Part shown: positions 1 through 11,974 of the stretch, in pieces
How the letters are laid out: each line of letters begins with the position of its first letter
Position numbering within the stretch: position 1 is the stretch's first letter
NCBI GenBank assembly: GCA_051942245.1
Contig: JAVECL010000188.1
Span: forward strand, 1 to 38,117
Source: Trypethelium eluteriae
Lineage: Eukaryota
Direction: 5' to 3'
DNA length: 38,117 nucleotides
Notes under the pieces: generated by a model
Told to the model about the DNA's origin: nothing
What the model saw: only the letters and a program-made list of their open reading frames with translations
Databases searched by the model: none
Translations under genes and position numbers: made by a program

Positions 1-2210
1 GGCTCAATGCGGAGGGGGGCCGTCCTGATGAGCCACACCAGCCCAGCGAAAGCCCTTTCGTCTCTTTCTTTGCACTCTCATTGCTCTGTGGACACGGGAG
101 GAATCAATTGGGATTTGAGTGTCTCGCTTGGGAATGTCGGCTTGAGAGATTCTATTGCTCGCCATCGCTCATGTCGTGGCTGCAGGAATGGTTAGCTACG
201 TAAGATCATGAGGTAAGGAGATGGGACGGAACCCTCGTGGGTACCGTACCTCGGCAGCTGGGCACCAACGAGTACGTGCCCTGAGATCAGGCTGGAAGAG
301 GAAGTTTCACAAGTGTTTCGTCCACGCTAGGACAGGTTCACAATAACAAAGACAGCGGCTCAAAGTTTGTTGGTTGCGCGACAATTGAAGAGGGGCTTGT
401 CGTCCATGGAAAAGGACTGAAATTAGATTAAACATGTAATGATCATGTCAGCTTTAGCCGCACACGGCGCTAATCCGTATTTACTGAAGTGGACATCTGC
501 ACTCTGTAATACTCTGTACACCGCTTCGAGTTAGGCGCCAGTATCCAAAGGAACACCAACCATGGCTCGCGTAATAGCTGTATGTGGACCAACAGGCGAC
601 CAAGGCCTGCGATTCTGGTATGGAGAGCTGACAAGCTATCCTTCAATGCCGTTCGGGTGGCCCCGTCGCGAGACTACTCCTTCTCTATTCTTACGAATAC
701 CGAGTTCGAGCAATCACCCGTAGAGTAATCATGACTTTGAAGCTGCAAAGACACTCAGAGTGCAAGGTGCTGAGATTGCCAGAGCCGATCTTATTATACC
801 TTCCAACCTCCATCAAGCTTTGGAAGCTGTATGGGTGTCTCTGCATTTACTGAGTTCTACGAAGCTCAGGACGCCCTTGAAGTGTTCGTACGGCCGGGTG
901 GAGGGTGTCGGTATAGTTGTGTTCTGTCATAGAGGACGCCGCTGGAATAGTATCGTACCTTACTAAAGTGGACTGGGTCCGTGCGGGAATATCTCGCTGT
1001 GCCAAATACTTCCGCCTACCAATATGTCACTTCACTCGATCTCAGTACCTAAGTTCAAAGACGCTACAGCACTGCGCAAAGCCCTTCTTCCAATTGATAC
1101 AGCCTTCATGTACGAACATGCTCCGGATAAGACCCCATCAACCTTTCGCATCAGTCACAACTTTTGCTCAGCCTCCTGACAGCGGTGACTCGAATAGCCT
1201 CTGAAGCTTTTCTTCGTAAATGTCGACGTCCTCGACTAAGGTGTGACAATAATCAGCCGCAATACCATTGATGGCTATTGCGCAGTATCCGATATCCATA
1301 TGCTCACGAAATTGCAAGAAGACAGCACCGAACTCTGGGGTCGGATTTGGTGCCAGTTAATTCTTCCAATGTCAATTCATTTGAGGGCACACTTCTAAAC
1401 TAATACCTATAGACCGATCTCCACCTGAACATCTGCCGCTATATCACTAGACCCTTTCCAGACCTCAGTCCGTTGCATAGCCGAACACATTGCCCCACTG
1501 GATCGTAGCTTCCATCGAACTCTGCTGCGCGTTTCGAAGACGAAGTCATGCCGCTTACCGCCCATTGCATGACATTATGTATATGGCAGTCGGTTGCAAA
1601 TGCAGGCTTGAATGTGTATAACTGCTGAAGGTTGGATATTGGAAGTAAGAGCTATGCTGAGATGGTGGCGGTAAACATTATCACAAAACAACATTCTTCG
1701 CAGAAGTATGCGGAATCCATAAGGAAGACGTGACATCAATAGCTCCGCCGGCAAAATGAAGGTTTGACCATAGACATTAGCAAAGTTTCTCCAGGATACT
1801 TTGCGTCTCGGTTCTAATCTCCATTTTGGTCCTTTCGCACAATTGAACGTCAACTGAATGCTTTACGTTCTCTCCTCTAGATCACTGGTTATTGTACTCA
1901 ACAGGAGAGTATCAATCATACATGTAATTCAAAGTCTTCGGATTCTTTCCCTATGGGGTCCTTCAAGGTGAGAGCAATGGAATGGTGGCCTTCTATGTGC
2001 TGAAAAACTAGGCTATTGGTTTATTATCAACTCTTGAGGTTAAAGCTTCGTTGCGTTCTAATGTTTATCCCTGCGACGCATCTCATATCTCAGCACGCCA
2101 TTGCGCAGATTACTCTCGTACTCGTCCAGAAAGATCCTTCTAGTAAACAAGCTTTTTTCACAGCATGGTTTCGAACTATAGAAGCAACACTTCTCGTATA
2201 CTAATCTGCA

Positions 2211-3968
2211 TTAAACGTATTTACACTGCCAATTATCGGGGTTGGAGGCATTGCCACCTGTGTATGTATTCCTTCGCGGATATCTGCTTATGTCAGCAGG
2301 CTGGTTTTATCCGACTCACGCATCCAACATACCTGCAGTGATTTCGCTGAAACGAGATCCCCATCGTCGGATCGTCATTGACGAACTTTGTCCCTGTCAT
2401 CGTCTCGGGCGCCTCGTCCTTCTCTACCCAGTCTACGATCGCAGCTAGCGCGTTGCTACTTGGCTCATAGGGGACGCCCACTGCAGGAGAGCCGCCCAAC
2501 TGGCCAAAGGCCCAGGCTCCAGGACCCCCCTCGCAATGGCCCATTCCTGAGATGCGGAAGAATCTATAGAATTCATCAAGCTGGGTAGAAGAAGCATCTC
2601 TACCACTCGCAAGATGATTGTAGAGGCGCGGGGAATTATATGACGTGATCTGTTGGTCCTGACCACCATGGAAAGTCAGGATTTTGCCCCCTCTACTCGA
2701 AAATGGCTCAAGAGTGGTAGGCCATGTTCGGATATTGGAAGGATTGATCTCATCCGCCAGCATCGCATCCGCGAGATCGAAGGTCGCTTGATCCCAATCA
2801 GATTGGTTAAGGAGAACGTATCTGTACCAGTCCTGCGACAGCGGCCAGGGCATGCCGCTGTACAGCCCGCTGGCAGCCAACAGCTCGTTACCGGGCTGCA
2901 TCGCCGGAAAGATGAGTTTACCATCCGATCCATAGAATGGGCTATAAATATTGTTGACAATGTCGACTTGGGCAGGACTCAAACAATTCGCAGTTGTTCC
3001 ATTGGAGCAAAGCAGAGCCTCTGGCCGAAAGTGACACAGGCTTGAGTCTTCGATGATCCCGTCCTGGACTCCATCCAACGTGTCGCATTGGCGCAGTACC
3101 TCGGTATGGATCGTTGACCACAAGGAAGCGTTGATGAAGTTAGCGGAGGTGCTCTTGCCAGTGATGGGATAGAAACTTGCACGCCAGGCGTACAGATGGT
3201 TGAAGTCTACTGCAGGACTACCTGCAATAATACCATCGAAATCGCTGGGGAAACGATCAGCGGCTCCGATGCCTTGGCGGCCACCAAGAGAGCAGCCAAT
3301 GTAGTACGACTTTTGATAGGTATTTCCATAGAACTTGGATGCCAAGCTCTTAGTTTGCGATATCGAGGTATGGAGTCTTACAGCAAATCAGCATCTGTCA
3401 TCGAGTCCTCACAAACAGGAATCAACATACGATCGCCAAGCGTAGTCGATGATAACGTCGGGATTGTTCAAAAAATCATGGCCTCCTGTACCATTGTGTC
3501 CATTATTGGCGGCAACGGTAGCAAAACCATGCTGTGTGCCATAGGCAAGGTTCTCATACTCGATACCTTTTGCCAAAATGTGAGCGATAAGATGTTGTTG
3601 CTTCAATTACCAAGCATGGGAAGCGCCATACATCCATCTATGCCTCCATTACCAGAAGCAAGCACTCGTCCGCCTTGCCAGGTCTCCGGCAACCAAAGCT
3701 CCATCGTAATACTAGACCGGTTTGAAGTAGGAACATGGAGAGCAATTCGGCACAAGTCTACCGAGACAGCTTGACTGGGTCTACCGCACGAGGCGTCATT
3801 ATCTGGAAAGAGGAGGTTCGTTCCAGCGGTGACGTATTCGCGGACGGTCAGTGTCGCATTGAAGATGCTGTTCTGTGGGTTGAATGCAAGGCATTGTGAC
3901 GAGAACGAGCTTCTAACACATGAAGCATACGACAGGACAGCCACAACGTAGGTAAGCGGGAGCCTCAT
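2211..3968 (-). CDS. Secreted feruloyl esterase/tannase-family esterase (FaeB-like), 529 aa, 4 exons
   Basis: Exons 3968-3632, 3566-3431, 3376-2333 and 2283-2211 are joined by GT-AG introns of 65, 54 and 49 nt and total 1590 nt in frame. Signal peptide MRLPLTYVVAVLSYASCVRS. Family motifs ELWLP..W.G..L..GNGG, nucleophile GCSLGGRQG, HGGQDQQI (Asp) and GMGHC (His) give the CS-D-HC signature of tannase-family esterases. Confidence 0.93.
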
Positions 3969-5213
3969 TGCTACTACAGTAGCACGTCAGTCAAAGGAAA
4001 AAGAAAGGAAAAGATACTGGACATGAGAAAAAGAATGGCGCATTTACTCTACGCAAGAAGGAATATACCCCGCGAAAACCCCTGTCGATACTTTTGCGCA
4101 TGTTTAGCGCTGGCGGAAGTACTCCGTACTGGCGAACAAACGGTACTTTTTCCTATACCCCGACAGAAGCTAAGGAAATGGTTAAGATCGCACTAATCAA
4201 ATGCTACCAAGCAGGTAATAGCTGGGCAATTGCATGCCGAGATTCCTATTTTAGTAATAGCAGGTAAAAAGTATGTACTACATCCGTGCTAAAGACTTCT
4301 TGGCAAAGCTTGACTCACGTTTAAATACTGTTTTTGGTTGAATCTACGGTTTTTCCAAGAATTTCCAGATCCGCCATTCGTTTACGACTCCACCTAAATC
4401 ACATTAGCACTCAACTTTCGACAAATTTGATGGTATGATCGCACAGGAGCATGTCGTTAGGCAACGGTTGATTCAACGTACCCGTATCAATTCTTTTAGC
4501 TACGCAGCACGGGTTTCCTTTCACGATAGAAAGAGATCGTGCGAGAATCTACCATAGTCTCTCAGAAATTACATATCAAGATTGTGCGACCCAGGCAGGC
4601 CCACTAACATCTTGAGCTACATTAGCGAAACGTCCACCAGACCCGGGATTCAAGGGATTTGGAGATAGATGAAGATGACGCTGGTAATCGCTAGTTTCTA
4701 CGGAACGGAATAAGCTGCAAATCTCGAGCATAGCTTGGAACGCGAGATCCCTCTTCTCAACCCATAGACTATACTTTACCTTGAGAGAGAAAAATAACAG
4801 GATTTCAATAAGCACTACTCCGAAATTTGCTCACAGAATGCTTGAGGAAATGCTCGCTTTCGACGAATGACGACGCTCCGCGACCGACCGACCGAATGAA
4901 TCCAACAAAACGGTTGAACGAATGAGGGGAATATTTACCCGCCATATTAGCCGGCAACCTTACGCGAATACGTCAATGCCATCATCCGATGCTCCTTCCG
5001 ACTGAATTATTATTGAGAGACATAGAAAGCAGTCGATCCGGTAGAACGTCAGTTAAAATGGAACGAAAATGAGATCATGCCGTATCACCTCTCAGAGAGG
5101 GGTCAGGGCAAGATTTGGGTATAATATGGGCTGCTATTCGCCCTCAAGGATTAAATGGGCTTGTGTGTATCGGGACTGATGTGATCTTGATCTTTCAAGG
5201 CATTTCCCACAAA

Positions 5214-6796
5214 ATGAAGGCTATGCTATGGATCCTGACTTTGGTGGAGGCTGCAGTGGCCGGTGGTTCCCCGGCGGATTCTAATTATACTCAAGGCATT
5301 AATACCACTGTATCTGTCGTCGTCAATGGCTTTGTCAAGTATCAACAGATGATAGGAGGCGGCTGTTCTGGGGCTTTCGGTGTTGCATGCGATCAATTCG
5401 GACGTTATGGTCTCTCTCCCGCGAACCAAGACATTGTCACGGAAACCCTCTTCTCCGAGAACATTGGCGGGCTATCCGTGCTTCGCAACGACATCGGGTC
5501 AAATGGTAGCTCCACAGATGGAAGCATTTTCAGCATCTTAGGTACATGTCCTTCAACTCCGGATGGGCCGTTTGACTACACGTGGGATGGCAATGACACA
5601 TGCCAAGTTCAACTGTCAAAGACAGCCCTCAAATACAATCCAGACCTCTTCATCTATGCAGATGCTTGGTCGGCACCAGGCTGCATGAAGAATGTGGGAA
5701 CTGACGATGACGGCGGCCTAATATGTGGTGTGCGCGGCAGCTATGGAAACGATAATGAAGGGAGTCAAAGCGAATCTAGTGCTTCTAGCCAGTGCAACAA
5801 TACCGACTGGCGACAGGCCTACGCTGATTATCTGGTTCAGTATGTGAAATATTATCAGCAGGAGGGAGTCAATGTTTCTATGCTAGGAGCCTACAACGAA
5901 CCCGACTTTGTGAGCTGAGCCGAAAGGGTAGAAGAGTATCAAACTAATCAGATTTCAGAATCCCGTAACGTACGCAAGCATGGAGTCGGATGGCTACCAG
6001 GCGAAAGACTTTCTAGAAGTCCTGTACCCGACCGCAAAAGCCGCTTTTCCAGACATCAAGGTCAGCTGCTGTGATGCTACCGGAGCGAGACAGGAGAGAA
6101 ATATTCTGTACGAGCTTTCTCAGGCTGGCGGCGAAAACTTATTCGACGTTGCGGCAAGTGAAAAGCTCAGGGTTGCCTTAAGAAATAAAGCTGACGAGGA
6201 TCCAGACATGGCACAATTATCAATCCAATCCTGAGCGCCCTTTCAATACCGCGGGGCAGCCAAATATCATGACGGAATGGGCAGACGGGACTGGAAGCTG
6301 GAACGCCTACTGGGACGTTACTGGACAACTGGCCGAAGGCTTCCAGTGGGCCCTTTACATGCACAACGCCTTTGTCAACTCAGACACCAGCGGCTACACA
6401 CATTGGTGGTGCTCACAACAGACAACTGGCGACAACGCGCTCGTTCGCCTTCAGAATGACGAATATTTCGTGGCTGCTCGTCTGTGGGCGTTCGCAGGAT
6501 ATTTCCGCTTCGCAAGACCAGGATCGATTCGAGTAGACGCCCAGAGCAGTGTCGAGAATGTCTACGTCTCAGCCTTTGTGAATACCAATGGCAGCGTGGC
6601 CATGCCCGTAGTCAATGCGGCGCATTTTGCGTACGACATGACGGTAAACCTCTCCGGGACTAACGCAACGACGGCGAAGGCATATCTGACAGACAACGAA
6701 CATAATGTGACCATGGTGGAGACGTATCCGGTCAGAGGTGGTAGCTTTAGTGCCAATGTGGAGCCCCGGGCAATGAAGACATTCTTCCTGCAGTGA
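5214..6796 (+). CDS. xyn4: Secreted GH30 subfamily 7 xylanase, XYN IV-like (probable reducing-end xylose-releasing exo/endo-xylanase), 493 aa, 3 exons
   Basis: ATG at 5214 gives signal peptide MKAMLWILTLVEAAVA. Exons 5214-5909, 5959-6153 and 6206-6796. Intron 1 is GT-AG (49 nt) and intron 2 is GC-AG (52 nt). Motifs YQQMIGGGCSGAFG, ADAWSAPGCMK, acid/base NEPD, TWHNYQSNPERPFN and nucleophile TEW closely match Trichoderma reesei XYN IV as I recall it. Confidence 0.92.
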
Positions 6797-7608
6797 GAAC
6801 GGATCTTCGGTCTTGTTGAAGATGTATCTCGATCGCTCTTACTGCTGAAATCAGCGTGATTCACTAGTACAACTAGAATCCTGCTGGTTGCCATAGAAAC
6901 CATCGCGTATAGAGTAAACAATACCACGTACCTGACCACCTCTTCGGCAGCTCGTAAGCATATCGAGGCACCCATTCAATGACGCAAGAGGTGACGTGTG
7001 GCGCGCGGAGAGTTGTGGCCCTTTTTATGTCATTCGGCTGAAATTCCTCCTTAATAGGACGCCCGAAGCTTGATGATGTAGGAAATAGCAGTCAGGTCTG
7101 GAGGCCCACATCCAAGATATCGGCCCCTGCTGATATCCTCAAGCCTCAGTATTTACATTTCCAAACCCTCAAACTCCGCATCTCCGCTTGCCCATTGAAG
7201 CCAGTATGTATCTGTGTAAACTTTGCAGAGGAGCATGTTTTGCGCTGGTCGCCTTTACTGTACTTCCCTTAAGCAGCCGAAATGCCATATCCTCAACGAC
7301 GTTCACTGTTCATATCAGGTATGAAGTGCTACTACTTTCTTAAACAATTTCGTATGGAGTAGGACATACATTTGCTGTGGCTTATTGGTAAAGCGAAAAT
7401 TGGTCGGGCCGATGCCATCCATGCTATTTGTACCTTAAATTTCCATTAGAAGACTGAAATGCACGCACTTTGACTATCTAATCTTTCACTCTGAAAGCTG
7501 ACGACTGTATGGGACACTACCAAGAATGCCAAGTCTGTCGATTGATGGTGTTTTGTTTGGTCTGAGGCCTTGCTAATGACTGACGGGGCTATTGGGGCCT
7601 AGGTCATC

Positions 7609-8096
7609 CTGGAGAAATCTGGGGAGCCGAGGCAAGGCACAGACTGCATTTTGCCGCAGAAAATAAATTGCGACCTCCACACCTAGAGTACACCTAACTG
7701 CTGCTTTGCTCTGCCTCATGCCAAGCCTGCAGCAGACTCCAACCTATCACCTTACCTGCCTAGAATCGCACCATTTTTGACAGGTGGCATCAGTCCACCG
7801 CGACAAGTGAATACGGTCTCTGCAGGATCGATAAATCCAACTACACTTGTTAATGGTTCCCTTGCTCTGCGTTGCTGGCTCCCGTAAACCACTTTTCGGC
7901 CGGCTTTAGCCGATCGAGTCTGATTTCTTAAGACATCGAATATCTCGCAAGGGTTTCGTTTGCACTCACTTGAGGATGGATCTAACATGGAGTCTTGATC
8001 GGCATGAACCGTCCTGGGTCTTTTCAGGGTCTGAAGCCTGAATGGAGCGCTCCACAGACCCTTCCTTCAGCCTTTCTTTCCCTGCGTCTTTTAGCC
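7609..8096. promoter_or_regulatory. Candidate CreA (SYGGRG) and XlnR/Xyr1 (GGCTAAA) sites upstream of the GH3 gene
   Basis: CTGGAG 7609-7614, CTGGGG 7619-7624 and CTCCAC 7675-7680 match SYGGRG. TTTAGCC (reverse complement of GGCTAAA) lies at 7905-7911 and 8090-8096. These are short motifs that also occur by chance, so support comes only from the CAZyme context. Confidence 0.35.
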
Positions 8097-8260
8097 TGGT
8101 TTCGACATCTCGTGCCTGAGGCTATGGACTCAGATCGCCAGCCTAAACTGCATGCATAGTGCTAAAGCGTCATGTGCTCCAACACAATCTCGGTCTGTTA
8201 AAATGGCTCATCCTTTTTGCAGCGTCATTCTCCGCACTGTTTCCTTGGCTCTACAATGCA

Positions 8261-8267
8261 TATAAAA
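8261..8267 (+). promoter_or_regulatory. Putative TATA box of the GH3 gene
   Basis: TATAAAA about 155 nt upstream of ATG 8416. Confidence 0.4.
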
Positions 8268-8415
8268 TGGCAGGTCTTCATCTGTCATTGGCTACGGCTC
8301 TGTCTTGCCGATCTGGAAGTGGAGATCGCTATGATTCATAAGAAGGACCTGTTTCCCGTTTCTTAACCTTGCTGAATTGCCAAGTCTATAGCGTCTGTAC
8401 TTACAAGAAGGCACA

Positions 8416-10726
8416 ATGTGGACCACTATCTTTTTGGCTTTCGCAGGCACGGCGACGTTGAGTGCTGCTCAATCATCCACCGCTTCTGGTACGGCACCCG
8501 CCGGCACTGGCGCCTGGGCTTCCGCTTATACAAAAGCCAACGCTGCTCTCGCGAAACTATCAAACTCTGAAAAGGTGGGAATCGTGACTGGTATTGGGTG
8601 GGAGAAAGGCCCCTGTGTCGGAAATGTCGCGGCCGTCAGCTCGATCAATTTCCCATCTTTATGTCTCCAGGATAGCCCCCTTGGAGTGCGTTACGCGACG
8701 GGCGTAACAGCTTTCCCTGCAGGTATTCAGGCAGGCGCCACTTGGGATATTAGTCTCATGAACCAGCGAGGGGCTGCCTTGGGCGCAGAGTCGAAAGCTT
8801 TGGGAGTTAATGTCCAGCTAGGTCCGGTTGCTGGCCCACTGGGAAAATCTCCAGAGGCAGGACGAAACTGGGAAGGATTCGGATCAGATCCCTATTTATC
8901 AGGCATCGCTATGCAGCAGACGATTACTGGCATGCAGGCCAGCGGCGTACAAGCTTGTGCCAAGCACTACATTGGTAACGAACAGGAGCTCAATCGTGAC
9001 ACAATGAGTTCGAACATTGACGATCGCACGATGCATGAGTTATACCTCTGGCCATTCGCAGACTCAATCGCTGCTAATGTAGCCTCTGTCATGTGCTCGT
9101 ATAATAAGCTGAACGAGACATACAGCTGCGAGAATCTTCAAAGTATCAATTTGCTGAAGAAAGAGCTTGGATTTCAAGGTTTTGTCTTGAGCGACTGGGC
9201 AGCGCAACACACTACGACCGGAAGTGCCAACGCTGGAATGGACATGGCCCAACCTGGTGACAACTTTGGTGATGGGAATTTTCTGTGGGGACAGAACTTG
9301 CTGTCCGCCATTAGCAGTGGAACCGTTCCTCAGTCGCGTCTCGATGACATGGTTCGCAGAGTGCTGGCATCGTGGTACCTCGTGGGCCAGGATAGCGGAT
9401 ATCCACAGGTAAGTTTCAGCTCCTGGAATGGCAATGGCGGGCCGAATGTTCAGGGTACGCACAAAACTGTAGCTCGCGCCATCGCACGCGACGGCATTGT
9501 TCTCCTGAAGAACGTGAACAGCTCATTGCCACTGAAGAAACCTACAAGCCTTGCCATCATCGGACAGGACTCCATTGTGAACCCATCTGGACCCAATGCC
9601 TGCACTGATCGCGGATGCGACACGGGAACTTTGGCTGAAGGCTGGGGTAGTGGCACCGCGCAATTTCCGGTACGTTCTGTTAACATCTAAATAATGCAAT
9701 GGGGGAGACTCTGACGACTAAACTATTAGTATTTGGTCGCGCCATATGACGCGATCAGTACTCAAGCGGCAACAGACGGCACGAAAATCGTCACTTCAAA
9801 TACAGACTCAACCAGTGCCGGTGCTTCTGCGGCATCCGCTGCTGCCACAGCAATCGTCTTCATCAATGCTGATTCAGGAGAAGGTTATATCACCGTGGAG
9901 GGCGTTGCAGGTGACCGCAACAATCTTGATCCTTGGCACAGCGGAAATCAACTAGTAGCTGCCGTGGCAGCTGTGAACAAAGCTACCATTGTGGTGATTC
10001 ACAGTGTTGGGCCGTTGATTCTCGAATCGATACTCGCTCAGCCGAACGTTGTTGCTGTTGTTTGGGCCGGCATTCCTGGGCAAGAGTCGGGCAATGGATT
10101 AGTCGATGTGTTGTACGGCTCCACAAGTCCTAGTGGAAAATTGCCATACACCATTGCCAAATCTGCGAGTGATTACGGCAGTGAGCCGGTCTCCGGCGAT
10201 GACAGCTATCCCGAAGGCCTATACATCGACTATCGCCATTTCGACCACGCAAATATCGCGCCTCGATACGAATTTGGATTTGGCCTGTGTAAGTCGTGCA
10301 CTTCTACCTATCACATGCTCTGCTAATGCCTTCCTAGCCTACACCAATTTCACATACAGTGCCCTTACGTTGCCGTCGCCTCCAGCTTCTGGCTCACTCA
10401 CCTTCACTTCTCTGTACGAGTCTGCCGGAACAGTGACCGCAACGATCAAGAACACTGGTGGTGTGACAGGTGCAGAGGCTGCTCAGCTATATATCGGCTT
10501 GCCCAGCAGCGCTCCAGCTTCGCCTCCAAGACAGTTGAGAGGATTCGACAAGCTCAGTCTTACTCCGGGGTCAAGCGGGACAGCAAGCTTCACGCTTCGG
10601 AAGAAGGACCTAGGCTATTGGAATGTCGCTACGCAACAGTGGGTTATCCCGAAAGGCGCATTTAGTGTTTATGTGGGTGCCAGTTCGAGGGATCTGAGAC
10701 TCACGGGGACATTGAATGTTTCATGA
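8416..10726 (+). CDS. bgl1: Secreted GH3 beta-glucosidase (Cel3A/BglL-like) with C-terminal FnIII-like domain, 733 aa, 3 exons
   Basis: Exons 8416-9669, 9730-10288 and 10338-10726, with introns of 60 and 49 nt (GTACGT..TAG, GTAAGT..TAG), total 2202 nt. Signal peptide present. Motifs LCLQDSPLGVR, GRNWEGF, KHYIGNEQE, nucleophile SDW, acid/base SGEGY, YEFGFGLSYT and QLRGF. Confidence 0.95.
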
Positions 10727-10929
10727 TGGTGTCAGCTGTAGAGCAAATAAGGCTCAACATTTCACTTCCTCAGATTCCATATCTCCTTCTGGTACGTAGA
10801 TACTGGCAAGGATCGATCATAGGGAAGAGAATAGCTGGTTGGTGTTTATGATTACCAAATTATTCCCTGCTGATTTAATAACCCTTTAAATTTAAAGAAA
10901 TCCTCGATGTGACGTGTCCGTAGACCCGC

Positions 10930-11835
10930 GAATACGAGCCGGTTCTAGTGTCCCCTGTGGCCGGTTTTGCCAATAACGACCCAGCATGGTCAACCTGCAG
11001 CGGCGATCTGAAAGGCCTATATGTTCTCCCTTACGTCCTGTCAGCTCAGTTCGTAGCGACCAAGTCATCACCGCGCAACAAGGTTAGCCAGATGACTCAA
11101 ACATTACGCAAGGAGGCGCCGCAGTAATTGTATCGGGCCGGGTCTTCAGCGTAGATTTAAATGGGGCCAACCTGGGCGGGACGACGTTGCGTTTTTGAAA
11201 GCCATACAGCCAACAGCAGCTTCCGCTCCTGAAAGCACTTCTCTGCCATCAATCACCGTTATCACCGTAGGCGAGTAGATCGTTGTCGCACAGCAAGACC
11301 AGCCAGTCGTCGTGAATGGAGCGACGGTCATGCCAGAGGGTCCTGAGGTCACGGTCTCCGGTCAGCTTGTCAGCACAGGCTCTAGTGGTGTTGCGGCTGG
11401 TGTGAGCAGCGTCACAGTTCTAGCAGCTTTACAGCCAACGGACACTCCAGCGTCTGAGGTTCCTCTCCTAAAGTCTGTTACCGTCGTCACGACAGGAGGG
11501 CAGATTCCTACTGCGCGAGAGAGCGCTCCAGTCGCGGCTGACGGAATCACCATCGTGCCCGGCGAATCTCGGGCGACTGTTGCTGGGCAAGTCATCAGTG
11601 CAGGCTCGAAAGATCTCAATGTCAATGGGACCACTGCCGCGTTTGCTGCAGCCCCTCGGCCAACAGGCGCTGCCGCATCAGGCTCCCCAAATGCACCTAG
11701 GTCCGGAGTAGGGAACGGTGCGATCTTCAGTCTTGATGGACAGACATTCACGTCGACGCAGCCAGCCAATTCTCCACTTGTGATTGGTGGTAGTCAGGGA
11801 TCAAGTTCAGGTGGCTCGGCTATCACGATACTTAC
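10930..11835 (+). pseudogene. Decayed fragment of a repeat-rich fungal cell-surface protein gene
   Basis: Reads EYEPVLVSPVAGFANNDPAWSTCSGDLKGLYVLPYVL, resembling the DPAW..C....G.YDPP motif of uncharacterised fungal wall proteins. It continues into 75-aa repeats of the type VTVSGQLVSTG / ATVAGQVISAG. It has frameshifts, a TAG at 11276-11278 where the next repeat has CAG (11501, exactly 225 nt later), no start or signal peptide, and no C-terminus. Confidence 0.65.
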
Positions 11836-11836
11836 A

Positions 11837-11854
11837 GTACGGAGTACTCCGTAC
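11837..11854. repeat. Perfect 18-bp palindrome GTACGGAGTACTCCGTAC
   Basis: Read directly. It is formed by two overlapping inverted TACGGAGTA units and lies about 120 nt upstream of the HET ATG. Confidence 0.9.
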
Positions 11855-11974
11855 GGAATATTTGAACAAGTCCTGCCCGCCCGGAGTTTAGCCAGAGATT
11901 GCGCGAAGTCGGGGTTCGGCGAGACCACCCCGAGGTCAAATCTACATAATCTGAACACGAGAACGATATCCAGG

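Noticed and set aside
5115..5213. Upstream TTG start of the GH30 ORF
   Set aside because: ATG 5214 has a good context (AAAATG) and begins the signal peptide directly.
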